Positions 12,800 through 26,289 of a stretch of 64,000 bases of DNA are shown here, in pieces. How positions within the stretch are numbered: position 1 is the first letter of the stretch; each line of letters starts with the position of its first letter. A program made the position numbers and the translations under genes. The notes under the pieces were generated by a model. The model was given only the letters and a program-made list of their open reading frames with translations. It had not been told where the DNA came from and made no database searches. The DNA lies in assembly GCA_951406725.2 (NCBI GenBank), contig OX597830.1, positions 8,494,001 to 8,558,000 on the forward strand, given 5' to 3'. The DNA comes from Octopus vulgaris (lineage: Eukaryota).

Positions 12800-13072
12800 C
12801 TTACTGTTGGTACATAAAACGTACACTTACACATCCTGTTGGTACGCTATATAAATATTTACTGTCAATACACTACATAAAGACGTACTGTTGGTACACG
12901 ATATGAAAAACCTACCGTTGGTGCACATTATAATGAATAACTGTTGGTACACTTGAATAATAATAATAATGTTGGTACACTAAAGTCTTTACTGTTAGTA
13001 CGCTACAATATTATTTACTTTTGGTACACCCTTATTGCTGGTACACTACATAATGACTTCTTGTTGGTACCC
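12800..13072 (+). repeat. Degenerate ~26-bp minisatellite with conserved ACTGTTGGTACAC core (~11 copies)
   Basis: Cores at about 12803, 12836, 12861, 12887, 12914, 12940, 12968, 12991, 13017, 13034, 13060. Confidence 0.8.
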
Positions 13073-13149
13073 TTGGTGATGATTATTTAAACTTTTTCCC
13101 ATCTGCTTTTTTCAACCTCATCGTCTTTCGTATCTAATCTCCTTCGTTC

Positions 13150-13182
13150 CATCTCTCTTTCTTTCCATCTTTCTTTCTTTTT

Positions 13183-13222
<40 letters not shown>

Positions 13223-13225
13223 TCC

Positions 13226-13290
<65 letters not shown>

Positions 13291-13630
13291 TCCATCTTTC
13301 GTTCCATCTTTCGTTCTTTCTTTCTTTCTTTCTTTCTTTCTTTCATCCTTTCGTTCTTTCTTTCTTTCCATCTTTCGTTCCATCTTTCGTTCTTTCTTTC
13401 TTTCTTTCTTTCTTTCTTTTTTTCGTTCTTTCGTTCTTTCTTTCGTTCTTTCTTTCTTTCTTTCTTTCTTTCTTTCGTTCTTTCGTTCTTTCGTTCTTTC
13501 TTTCTTTCGTTCTTTCGTTCTTTCTTTCTTTCGTTCTTTCTTTCTTTCTTTCTTTCCTTCTTTCTTTCTTTCCTTCTTTCGTTCGTTCTTTCTTTCTTTC
13601 GTTCTTTCTTTCTTTCTTTTCTTCTTCTCT
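13150..13630. repeat. (TTTC)n pyrimidine tract
   Basis: Direct inspection. Confidence 0.95.
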
Positions 13631-14164
13631 TCATTCATATGCACATCTCTTCTTTGTGCTTCTTCCTTCGCCAATTGTTTAGGTTCAGGCTACAAGAAAT
13701 AGCAGCCAAGTCTTCTTCAAATCAGAGTCTACAGTTCTAACATAAAAAAAAACTTAAATGGGGAAGACATCTTGGATAATAAATACAGTGCGAGGAATAT
13801 AACTCAGAGAAAAATAATAAAGCTGGATGGTCACGCGTGGAATGCCTTTGATCATACGTCTGCTAATCATGACTTTCACGGGGTAACAACCACCACCCAC
13901 CATCACTACCACCACCACCTACCCCCAGCCACAACAACATTCATTCATTTTCTTCCTTCTCTCTGTTTTATTCTTCTCTTCCCATCTTCTTGCCCCCTTT
14001 TTGTCCCTTTATTTCTTCTTTCTTACACCCACACCATCCTATCCCTTCCTCCCCCCCTCTCACAGTGATGTAACACCAATAGTTGTGCCGAACACACAGC
14101 ATAACGTAAAACCTGACCACCAACAGCTTCCCACACGCATATACATGCATAAACACACACACAT

Positions 14165-14204
<40 letters not shown>

Positions 14205-14249
14205 ACACGCAGAAGCGTACATACAGGCATGTGTGCGAATACATAAATG

Positions 14250-14299
<50 letters not shown>

Positions 14300-14504
14300 C
14301 ACATGCATGTATACACACATACAAACTTATATATATATATGTGTGTGTGAATGTGTGCGTGTATATATATATATATATATGTATTTTTTTTCATACATAT
14401 GAATGTATGCATGTGTGTATATAGCAATGTATATATATATATGTATGTATATATTTATATACGTATATATGTGTGTTTGTGTATGAGCAATTGTATATCT
14501 ACAC

Positions 14505-14547
<43 letters not shown>

Positions 14548-14951
14548 AATATATACACTCATTCTCTAATATACATTTGCATGTGGATATATATCTATCA
14601 TATACGTATATAATACATATATATACACACATGCAAACGCATATTAAAGAATGGAAAAAAAGGGAGATGGAGAGGGAGGGAGGGGGGAGAGAGAGTGAGA
14701 GAGAGGGTGGAGGAAAAAGGTGATTATCCGTGGTTTAAGCCGTACAGACGCCATCATGCCGTGCTGACAAAACTTTTAACAGACGTCACTGTAACAATGG
14801 CGGTCGAGACTAAAGTTTATGTTACAACACAGCAGGAACCTCTTTTTTACGTGTACGTCATACCTTACACAATAACATATACGAGTACAACGCCACCTCC
14901 ATACATACACACATACATACATGCATATATATGTATGTGTGTGTGTGTGTG

Positions 14952-14993
<42 letters not shown>

Positions 14994-15116
14994 TATGTAT
15001 GTATATTACGTACATAAGTACACACGCTACACAGTCTCCTTCGTTACATACACGCATACATATATATATATATATATGTATATGCATATATATATATTTC
15101 TGCATATGTGTATAAC

Positions 15117-15185
<69 letters not shown>

Positions 15186-15264
15186 TTATCTACTCTTCTG
15201 TCGGTCTGTCTGTCTGTCTCTGTATCTGTGTGTCTGTACGCTGTTTGTATGAACATATGAATGC

Positions 15265-15354
<90 letters not shown>

Positions 15355-15528
15355 GTAAGAACACATGCACTCCCGTGTGACACTAGTAAAATTGATTACA
15401 CACGCGCATATACACACATATACACACGCACATACACATATGTGTCTATGTATGCTGAGGTTATGTGTATACATAAGTACTTACACACACATACACAAGT
15501 TTATCTATCTATCTATACATACATACAA

Positions 15529-15559
<31 letters not shown>

Positions 15560-15983
15560 TATATATACATATATATACGTATACGCGTGTTTGTATAGGT
15601 GTGAGTGTATATGTAATAGCTACATTAGGTGTGCAACGTCAATTAGGCGGTTTGACAGGTGAGCTCAAATATCACATGACTCAGTTATCGTCACTATTAG
15701 CTTTTGTCTTCAACACTGTTGGCACCCAGAATAAATAAGACAAGCCATGCTGCTGGTCGAGGCCCTGGTCTCGCTTTCATTGTCTCCTTCTCTCCACCCC
15801 TCCACCTGCCCACCCGTTCACCCGTTCTCTCCGCCTCTGGGTGGCTATGTCGCTATTCTCTTATACCATTCATGCGAAGGGCGGGTGATTTCCAGGACCC
15901 GGGCTGACCAGAACGACACGACAGCCAGGAAAAATAAAAGAAAAAACTCTCATTTACAAATGTTTAACTTTGTAGGCATCTCC

Positions 15984-15984
<1 letters not shown>

Positions 15985-16014
<30 letters not shown>

Positions 16015-16136
16015 TGTATGTATGTATGTATGTATGTATGTATGTATGTATGTATGTATGTATGTATGTATGTATGTATGTATGTATGTATGTATGTATG
16101 TATGTATGTATGTATGTATGTATGTATGTATGTATG
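15985..16136. repeat. Pure (TATG)n microsatellite
   Basis: Direct inspection. Confidence 0.95.
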
Positions 16137-16715
16137 CATTTATGTCATTATTCAGTTTTATTTCAAGATTTCTTGCCAATAGGGAAAGAGCCGGTTTCTA
16201 ACCTAAATCCAAAGTCCCTTCATTGGAATTTCAACATCATGTATGTAGGTGCAGATTTGTATGCTCTGCTTTATGTATGCATTCTCATGCATATACCTGC
16301 ATATCTAGACATGCTCATATATATTGAAATGATAAACCCCTGGAAAGTTTTACAGATTTTTACAGCTCCAGTGGTGGCTTGGATCTGTAGTCTTAGAATC
16401 AGCTTTCTCCTTTCTGATTTTGAGGAACCCTATTTCTCAAGATTGGCATTTACGTAGAATGTATGTATGTATTTATGTATTTATACATGTATGTATGTAT
16501 GTATGTATGTATGTATGTATGTATGTATGTATGTTTGCATGTATGTATGTATGTACGTACGTATCTATGTATGTATGTATCGTTTGTCTTTTACTTTTGT
16601 TCCAGTTATAGGACTGCGGCCATAATGGAGCACTGTATTATATAATTTAGGCCTGTGGTTATCAAGCATTTTTGGACATCTTTGAATTCTACTGGACCTC
16701 CATATCCATTCGATG

Positions 16716-16754
<39 letters not shown>

Positions 16755-16777
16755 GTATGTATGTATGTATATGCATG

Positions 16778-16926
<149 letters not shown>

Positions 16927-17914
16927 TAAATAATCCTTCTGTTTTTTCATTGTTAAATATTATTTTTAGGAATTGTGTCAAGAAAATTGAAATATTTTTT
17001 GTAGTGTTAAAGCATAAGCGATTTATTGTAAATAAATTTTGATAGCAAAATCTTATATGCCTCCCCCAAGGGCCATATGGTCCCAGGTTGAAAACCAGTG
17101 GTTTAGTCGAACAAACCTATCAGGGTACTTATTTATAGGCCTGGTACTTATTCTATCGGTATCGTATGCAGAACCGCTTAGTTTATGCAGACATAAGCAA
17201 AACAACGCCAGGTGTCAAGTGATGTGGTCTAGAAACACAAATACACATATACATATATCATAATGATATGTATTCTCCGATTTGAAGCGACAATTTTTGA
17301 ATATAAATAAATGACTGAAAGATCAGGAAGAATCGAACTCACAAGTCGATGCTTTCTTGGTTCCTTGCGAATCTGATTGGCCAAACGCTCACCCATCAAT
17401 TTCAGTCAAATTTAGTTATATATATATATATGTGTGTGTGTGCGACAGGCTTCCACACAGTTTGTATTTACCAAATTCACTCACGAGGTATTGAGCAGCC
17501 TTGGGTTATAGTAGGAGACCTTTACCCAAGCTGTCGTGCAGTGGGACTGAACCTGAAACTACGTGGTTGCAGTAAAAGCTTCTTAACCACACAACCAATT
17601 CTGCGCCTATTATGTATGTTCGTATGTTGTTTGTTTGTATGTTGTTTGTTTGGGATTTATTTAAAATCGTTTCCTTTGCAGTATTCAAGTCGATCCCTAA
17701 GCAAGAGTCAAAGTTCCTTTGTTTACGTCAAACATTCCTTGGGGGTTTTTATATGTAAAGTTACTCATATGAATACATACATACCCACTTACGTACCTAC
17801 AATAAATCAGAGTAACGGTGAAAATTTGCAAAATATATATATATACACATCTACTGTCTTATTCTTCTATGTACTGTGAATTCTCTATCTGTAACTTTCC
17901 TGCATGCACACCTC

Positions 17915-17978
17915 GTCTCTGATGAAGGAATATCCAGTGAATGGGTGTTGACACATTACCCAGAAACAACTGTAAGAC
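17915..17978 (+). ncRNA. Type I HHR motif
   Basis: gtct-CTGATGA-...-GAAA-caactg-TA-agac; base of stem II imperfect. Confidence 0.65.
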
Positions 17979-18265
17979 ATTGTTTACTTCTACTTCTTTT
18001 TTGATTCACCTTTACTATGATTAAATATTCTAAATATCCTGAGATACTTGTCCTGCCTTGATTTTGTTTTCCTTTTCCTTGAATATATACCTGCTAACTC
18101 GGAACCATACAATAGACCCCTAGCTCCAGCCTCAGCTGTGAGCTTGGAACCTAGCAGATGATTAATTATACCACTTGCGCAGCGCACTTATTGGTTTAGA
18201 TAACCAACGAACTAAGCACCTCATATTCTTTACACACACACACACACACACACACGCGCGCGCAG

Positions 18266-18317
18266 AGGGTAAATCGCTGGTTTAATCGCATATGCGATTA
18301 ATCGAGCGATTTACCCT
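18266..18317. repeat. 52-bp imperfect palindrome centred on GCATATGC
   Basis: agggtaaatcgct...agcgatttaccct. Confidence 0.85.
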
Positions 18318-19391
18318 ATTCTAGCCGAATTGATTTGTTTTAATTATAGTAACGAGTAGTAAACCCTGACCACACATAACAACATTTTATTTATTTATTT
18401 ATTTTACCAATTTACGTAACCCAGATTTATACCGTATATCGCACTTAAACTTTTAAGAGCGTCCTTAATATTTTACTAAGGTATTATTTGCAATCATAAG
18501 GACTTATCTGGCAGTCTCAAATAGCGTTATTTGTTACGATTAATGATACTGGATGTTACTACCAGGTATAACTCTTCCGACTAATACCACCGGTCAACTG
18601 ATCATTTTCCCCACTCACTGCTCCATTCATCTACCTGAAGCAACTGTATACATGCGTGCCATCTTTTAAGGACATAAAAATGAAAGCCTAAAGACCTAAC
18701 GAACATTTTCCTTTTTCCCTTTTTTCCTTTTCTTTATTTCCTATTTTCTCTTGTCAACCTTCGATCTCCTGTCAATATTCCTCTGGTAAAGTTCAAATCA
18801 TTCTGATGATGCTTGTTACATGGAACGAGAGAAACGCAAGTTTACCTCAAAAATAAACTGAAAGAGTTGTAAATGTTATATTAACCATAATTAAACTATG
18901 ATCTTTCGTTTTTGGATTTGGTTTGCAAGATTCTTTATATGAGTTCGTGTGTTGAAGCATATTCTGTTGTGTCTGGGGAGAGTCATTTTCTCTTTGAGCC
19001 TTATAATGAAAAAAAAATTGAAAAGACTTGAAAAGACTATTGAAAAGGTTGCAAGACGCAACGAAAATTTTAGGAAAATAAGAATAAGAAATAAGTGGAA
19101 ATTTTGCCGGTGAGTGTGTTATATTATAAGGCACAGAAAGAAAAGGACTCTCGCCAGACACAACAGAATAAACTATAATCATTCAATACTAATGATCAAT
19201 TTCGAATTGTTAAATGTTGCTCCATTTCTTCTCTTGTCTTATCTGAATATGTTAAACCACAGTTTACCCTTAAATTACCAACTACTGTTAACCTTACAAC
19301 AAGGCCTATACATAGTCAGGTAATGCACCAGTAGTGCCTACGGATATATTTATCCCTTAGACAGTTGCATAACATCAAACTCATAATATAT

Positions 19392-19466
<75 letters not shown>

Positions 19467-19688
19467 TATATATATATATATTTATATATATGTTAATAAA
19501 ATAGAACATATGCGTATATATAAACATATATGTACGTACCTACCTCTACATGTACATATACACGCATATATGTGTACAGGACACCAAAAAGACGTCGAAC
19601 ACATAGAGAGACGAAAAACATAGACACAAACCAAGGAACAGGACAAGCAAAAAAAAAAAAGGATACAAGACAATTAGCACAACGAAAA

Positions 19689-19765
19689 ATCCCCTTCTTC
19701 AGTCGCTAAGGTTTCATCTACTCTACGTTTCGAAGGATAAAAGCGAGACGTATCTTCGAAGAAAC
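19689..19765 (-). ncRNA. Reverse-order (scrambled) HHR-like motif, family Y, copy 1
   Basis: tacg-TC-tcgct-ttt-atccttc-GAAA-cgta-...-agcga-CTGAAGA-aggggat. Confidence 0.6.
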
Positions 19766-20573
19766 TTCCTTCCTGCGAAAAGCAAATCAATTAAAATTCT
19801 GAGATCTTTTCGCAGAGGGGTAAAAAATGGGGAAAAAAAAAAAAAAAAAAAAGCAAGACGGTAACGACAGTACAAACATATAAACAGTAAAAAAATATAT
19901 ATAAACAGTGGGAAAATAAATATATAACAGTGAGAGACAGGACAAGGAGAACAAGATAAGAAGGGCTGTTTACGCCAGACGAAAAAAGTATTGCAAACGC
20001 TGGATTATAGTGGACGACGAGAGAGCAGGAATGTCGACCAGTGGCCTTAGAAGGCGGGCGAGAAAAGACAGGATAGCAGTTACGACGGAAGTATCGTCGC
20101 AGATGGACGACGGGAATGGGGGAGGAGGAGCAAGAGGAAGAGAGAGAAGAAGGGGAATGGTGCGAGGAGACCATGAAGAATGGTGAGGGGGAGAGAGAGA
20201 ATGAAGAATGAGAGAGAGAGGAAGAGACAAGTTAAGTGAGGAAAAAGGCGAAAAAGGGAATGGGATAGAAAGAAAGAAAGATGCAGAATCGCGTGAGAGT
20301 TAATATCAAGGCTAACTTGATAAACAGAACAATCTTACTTAATAGGGTGCGTGCGTTTAGTCGTATAATATGTTAATAAAATAGAACATATGCGTATATA
20401 TAAACATATATGTACGTACCTACCTCTACATGTACATATACACGCATATATGTGTACAGGACACCAAAAAGACGTCGAACACATAGAGAGACGAAAAACA
20501 TAGACACAAACCAAGGAACAGGACAAGCAAAAAAAAAAAAGAAAGGGATACAAGACAATTAGCACAACGAAAA

Positions 20574-20650
20574 ATCCCCTTCTTCAGTCGCTAAGGTTTC
20601 ATCTACTCTACGTTTCGAAGGATAAAAGCGAGACGTATCTTCGAAGAAAC
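20574..20650 (-). ncRNA. Reverse-order (scrambled) HHR-like motif, family Y, copy 2
   Basis: Identical to 19689-19765, 885 nt away. Confidence 0.6.
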
Positions 20651-20966
20651 TTCCTTCCTGCGAAAAGCAAATCAATTAAAATTATATTTATATAATTAAA
20701 ATATATTTATATAATTAATATATATTTATATATATATATAAAGTAAGGTATATTCCGTTAGGAACCTAGCAGAGTGCAAGTTAGATCTCGCTCACCTTAA
20801 CCATTACCATTACCAAATAACGGATAGTATTACTAAATATTTCCAGTCTATGTTTGGGCATTTTTCGTGTGTGAAATTAAAATTGAATAAGATCGAGTCA
20901 ACAAGAAGATGGATGTATTAGCATTGAAGTCGAAGGTTTTGTAACTAACGGGAACAGCAGTTGTAT

Positions 20967-21072
20967 ATAACCAGAAGAAGTACAACTGGATTCCCTTATA
21001 CAGGTAAACTGTTGCATAATTTAAATCCTGTATATATGAAGATCTATGTTGTATGGAAACGTGTGTAGTAAT
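20967..21072 (+). ncRNA. Degenerate type I HHR
   Basis: ataac-CAGAAGA-..tacaac...gttgta..-GAAA-cgtgtg-TA-gtaat; U4A change in the core. Confidence 0.4.
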
Positions 21073-21785
21073 TACTAAATAACTGTCTAACCGTACTCCT
21101 TCCTGTTGTTTCTATCTTATTCAATTATCTATCTATCTAGGGATATAGCAAATATCCTGGAAATAGCTGTAAGACCTTCTATCTATAAATGTTCTAAAAT
21201 CTACACAGCCTTGGGTTTTTTTTATCTCATTACGAAAGAATTTTTTTTTTATATACACACGCTGACAAATGACCAACGTGGAAGCCCTTATTCGCATAAT
21301 CACCGAACCTGGAACTTAACTACGGTCCATCTATAGCACTTACTCAGCATTACTTGACACCTTTGGGTGTCAATGACCCCATTACCTCTCATAACCTCCT
21401 ATATATATATATATATATATATATAAAGAGTGACATCGTTAAGTAGAGATGTGTATAAATACAAACCTGTTACCAGTTCAAGTATGCTTGAGGCATAATC
21501 GAACTGGTACTTAATTTTTCGATCTCGCATCCTCGACGGAACTTGAACTCAGAACCTAGTGCTACAATTCATCCATGTCGCTGCCTTAAGTCTTGTGGCT
21601 GTATGAAAAAAAATAAAATTCCTAATTAGCTAAGTCTAAGTCGCAATTAACACACTTTCCTTTCAAAATATCTCCAGAACATAACTCCTCTCCTTATAAA
21701 ACATTAATGTAGGCACCTAATCCCTCTCTTACAAATGAAAACATATGTATCTAGATATGAGACTATCCCCAAGTATAACAACATG

Positions 21786-21943
<158 letters not shown>

Positions 21944-22015
21944 CATATATATATAGACATGATATATATATATATTAGACATATATATATATATATTTAC
22001 ATATATGTGTATATA

Positions 22016-22052
<37 letters not shown>

Positions 22053-22723
22053 TAGTCTTTTCTTTCTTTTATTGCTGCGATCTGTCACATGATGAAACTC
22101 GTGTCATACATATATACGTGTATATATATGTGTGTTTGTGTGTGTGTGTATACATGTACATAAATACACATACATGTATATGCATATATTTATGTGTGTA
22201 TATATATACACACTCACACACAGACACACACATATATATATACATGTATAAAAATGCATGTACATGCATATATACATATATGTAGTCACATGTATGTAAA
22301 TACATACATGTATACACACACATACACACACACACATACATACACACACACACACACATACACACACAGAGAGCATACACACACGCATATATAAAACGGA
22401 GAGGAGGCAGCAGTTAAATTAGGCAGGTTATGTTTCAAATAATTTACGATTTATTCACTAGATGGCGCTGCAACGGCTGCGTGTAAAAATAATTTTGTAG
22501 CAATTTCTACCGAGTGACCGGATAAACGGATCAGTTTGAAAGACTAACCCAAGTGTAGCCACTATAAAGAGTAAACGGAGATTTTTGACGCAACACTCTG
22601 GAAGTATGTCAGGGTTAGTATGACTAAGATAAGAACAAAGAAGGGGGTGGTGGAAGGGACACCTATTTAGAACAGGACCTAGCAGATTAGAAAACGTCGT
22701 TAAATGAAGGACAGGAGGGGGAG

Positions 22724-22920
22724 GAAGAAGAAGAAGAAGAAGAAGAAGAAGAAGAAGAAGAAGAAGAAGAAGAAGAAGAAGGTGATGATGAGGATGAAGA
22801 AGAAGAAGACGAAGGTGATGATGATGATGATGAAGAAGCATATGAAGAATAAGAATATGAAGAAGAAGAAGAAAAAGAAGAAGAAGAAGAAGAAGAAGAA
22901 GAAGAAGAAGAAGAAGAAAA
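22724..22920. repeat. (GAA)n/(GAT)n microsatellite
   Basis: Direct inspection. Confidence 0.95.
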
Positions 22921-22964
22921 GGAGTAAGATTATGAGAATACAAAACACACACACACACACACAA

Positions 22965-23000
<36 letters not shown>

Positions 23001-23153
23001 TCACATTTGTGGAAGGGAGAGGCTAATGTCGGGGTGGTATAAAAATTGTTAATGGGTCAATAAAAGTACAATTGTAGCAACGAGGTGGTTTCGGGTTCAG
23101 TTCCCACTCGTGTTGCCAGATTCCTGATATGAAACCGCGTGTTGAAAGAGATT

Positions 23154-23509
23154 TTGTTGTATTTCGGGGTGATCATTTTATTTTACCAATAAACACACGC
23201 TCTATATATTCATTCTTCACTCGTTTATTACTGTCCTTATTCTAACCCATGTCCATTGTCCAGAAATTTTTCGTCACTCATCTGTGACCTCCTCAGCGAC
23301 ACTTTCCGTCTTCGTGTGCTCTTGCTCAGCTTGTTCAATGGAATAAGCAGAGCAAGAGCACACACGAAGACGGAAAGTGTTGCTGAGGAGGTCACAGGTG
23401 TGTGACGAAAAATTTCTGGACAATGGACATGGGTTAGAATATGGACTGTAATAAACGTGTGTTTATTTGGCAAAAAGAAGAAAAAAATGACCATCCCGAA
23501 ATACAACAA
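23154..23509. mobile_element. Fold-back element with an HHR-like motif in each arm (23257-23301 minus, 23378-23422 plus)
   Basis: Arms 23154-23336 / 23341-23509; motif tgtcg-CTGAGGA-g-gtcac..gtgac-GAAA-aatt-TC-tggaca. Confidence 0.65.
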
Positions 23510-23531
23510 TATATATATATATATATGGTTA

Positions 23532-24527
23532 GGGTCATCCCATAGATAATGCGGTTTTTTCAAATGCATGAACTAAAAGTCGGAGGGGGATGGGGGTAAA
23601 TTACCTGAATCAAGTTGCCATAAAAGCAGGTTGTAATTTTACCTTGTCCTTATTCTTAGTGCAAGTTTTGAAGAGTGCAGTTCGATTTTAACAGTTATTT
23701 TGTCAAAGCTATAATGGAAGTGGCAAAGGAGTATATTCGGTATATTTTGCTTTATGAATTCAATAAAGGCAACAACGCAACGGAAAGTGCGAGGAATATT
23801 AATGCAGTATATGGGGATCGGACAATAAGCATAAACCAGTGTCAACGGTGGTTCCAGAAATTCTGAGCCGGAAACTACAGCCTAGAAGATGAGCCTTGTC
23901 ATGGAAGATTCATAGAGCTCGGCAAGAATGTTCTGCAAACCCTTGTGGGACAAAGTCCCATCGTAACTGTTGAGGAACTAGCAGAGAAGCTTGGATTTGG
24001 TCATTCAACCATTCATCAACACCTGCATGCCATTGGAAAAGTCAGCAAATTGGGCAATAGGTTTATCACAAACTTTCCGAGTCTAATCGCGCAAAGATAG
24101 TGAATGTGTGCTCTTCTTTGCTGTCGCATCTCACGAATGAACCTTTTTTGGACCGAATAATGACTGGTGTTGAGAAATAGGTTCTCTATAAAAATGTCAA
24201 GTGCCGACGACAGCGGGTAGGGAAAGGAGAAACACCGGCACCCCAGGCTGAAGAAGGTTTTCAACCGCGTAAAGTGTAATCTGGTTGGTGGGATATGAAA
24301 GGTTTACTCCACTTTGAACTTTTAAACCCAAACCAAACGATAACAAAAGAGATCTACTGCGAACAACTTGAGCGGCTTAAGTCAGCGCTAGAGGAAAAAC
24401 GACGAAAGGTGTTTTTCCGTAAGGATACTACTCGGCCACATAAAACGAGGATGACATTCGAAAGGTTGGAGCAGTTTGAACGGGAAACGATGTCTCATCT
24501 ACCTGATTCGCCGGATATTGCCCCTTC
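23532..24527 (+). mobile_element. Decayed mariner (Tc1/mariner) transposon, 3'-truncated
   Basis: HTH-like N-terminus from ATG 23714 (MEVAKEYIRYILLYEFNKG...QRWFQKF), RIMTGVEK (TGDEKW-like), DTTRPH (DNARPH-like), PDSPDIAPS (YSPDLAPSD-like); stops and frameshifts; TA precedes the probable left TIR. Confidence 0.9.
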
Positions 24528-24774
24528 ACCATTTGTCGGCAATTCCCGACTCCTGGCGGATGACACCTTTACACAACACAGGCAAAACCCTCCAACCTAG
24601 GGGTCTGTTTTGGATGGTCCGTTACTGGTAAGGGTTTTACGAGCTCTAAGTGCAAATTCGGTGATGGCATTTTTATGCCTCCATTTTCAAGCGGTTCGGC
24701 AAAAGAGAACCAATAGAATAAATATTAAACTTACCTTTTATACATACATACATACATACATACATACATACATG

Positions 24775-24829
<55 letters not shown>

Positions 24830-24841
24830 TATATATGTATG

Positions 24842-24898
<57 letters not shown>

Positions 24899-25312
24899 TC
24901 TTTTACGATAACATGGTGAACCAGGTCAGTTTAAGCTGTAAACTTTTTTGAACTTACAATATTCTGTGTGTGTGTATATATATACAGATACAATACCAAT
25001 ATTCCACTGAACTTTTTAATAATTCCTTCTGGAAACTATCTTTAACATTTTCTTGAGAATGTATATATATGTTGTAATTTTTTGTGCCAAATATTTCAAT
25101 GAACTTGTTAAACTTGTTCATATTTTCCCAAGATTTTCCCTTGTAAACTGTTCTTAACATGTTCTTGTTATCAAAGAATGTATATATGTATTGTAGTATT
25201 TTGTGACAACCAGTAACTAACACAACCCAGCTTTTACATGTTACTTTTAACAATCTTTTTCTAAAAAATGAAACCGGTCAAGTAAATAATCAACTTTTAA
25301 ATTTCAAACCTT

Positions 25313-25391
<79 letters not shown>

Positions 25392-25392
<1 letters not shown>

Positions 25393-25822
25393 AAGGAATT
25401 CCAACCTTGTCTGATTTTCACGTTTTATTTACAATCTTATAATGATATAATATAAGATAATATATTATAATAGAATAAAATAAAATGAAATAGTAGAATG
25501 TTAAATGTTCATTCTGATTGAACTAGTACTTTCATGCATTGAATTCTGCAATCTTCGGGTTCATGTAGTAGTGGTGACAGTCATGCTTCACAATTTTTGA
25601 CTGTCAAAAATTGTCAAAAATTGTGAAGCATGACTGTCACCACTACTACATGAACCCGAAGATTGCAGAATTCAATGCATGAAAGTACTAGTTCAATCAG
25701 AATGAACATTTAACATTCTACTATTTCATTTTATTTTATTCTATTATAATATATTATCTTATATTATATCATTATAAGATTGTAAATAAAACGTGAAAAT
25801 CAGACAAGGTTGGAATTCCTTT
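25392..25822. mobile_element. Fold-back element with 210-bp arms, each with an HHR (25519-25563 minus, 25651-25695 plus)
   Basis: Arms 25392-25601 / 25613-25822 appear identical; motif tgaac-CCGAAGA-ttgca..tgcat-GAAA-gtac-TA-gttca; (TA)n on both sides. Confidence 0.8.
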
Positions 25823-25824
25823 TA

Positions 25825-25885
<61 letters not shown>

Positions 25886-26120
25886 GGATGGATGGATGTA
25901 TGTATGTATGTATGTATGTATGTATGACATTTCTTCTCAAATATATATCTATGTACTTGTATATATACTCTCTTGGCTACTTTCAAATATACATTTACAC
26001 TCGCTACTTCAAAAGAAACAGTACAGAAACGAAATCCAAGCACACAGAAGGTCGGTGCTTCACCATGGCCTCAGCCTCCGACTGAAACCAGAAGTTTTTA
26101 TATATATATATATATGTATG

Positions 26121-26178
<58 letters not shown>

Positions 26179-26248
26179 TATATATGTATGTATATATTCA
26201 TACATACATTCATATATGTATGTATGCATACATACATAATACGTGCAT

Positions 26249-26289
<41 letters not shown>

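Larger units (their letters stand above)
19488..20683 (-). mobile_element. Non-coding element with ~310-bp direct repeats (19488-19798 / 20368-20683), pseudo-LTR-like
   Basis: Repeats are identical except near a poly-A run; TA-rich flanks; each repeat carries a reverse-order HHR-like motif; related to 58856-59550. Confidence 0.7.

Noticed and set aside
12800-13072. CRISPR-like repeat/spacer appearance
   Set aside because: Repeats are only ~13 nt and degenerate, spacers are short and related, there are no cas genes, and the context is eukaryotic.
16170-16410. HHR-like fragments (CCAATGA...GAAAccgg; CAGTGGTGG...GAATCAGCT)
   Set aside because: Multiple core substitutions; cannot be supported.
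18800-18846. CTGATGA...GAAA pair
   Set aside because: No stem I partner after a plausible NUH; at best a decayed remnant.
23675-24600. Mariner ORFs as a functional or domesticated transposase
   Set aside because: In-frame stops, frameshifts, mutated catalytic motifs and truncation.
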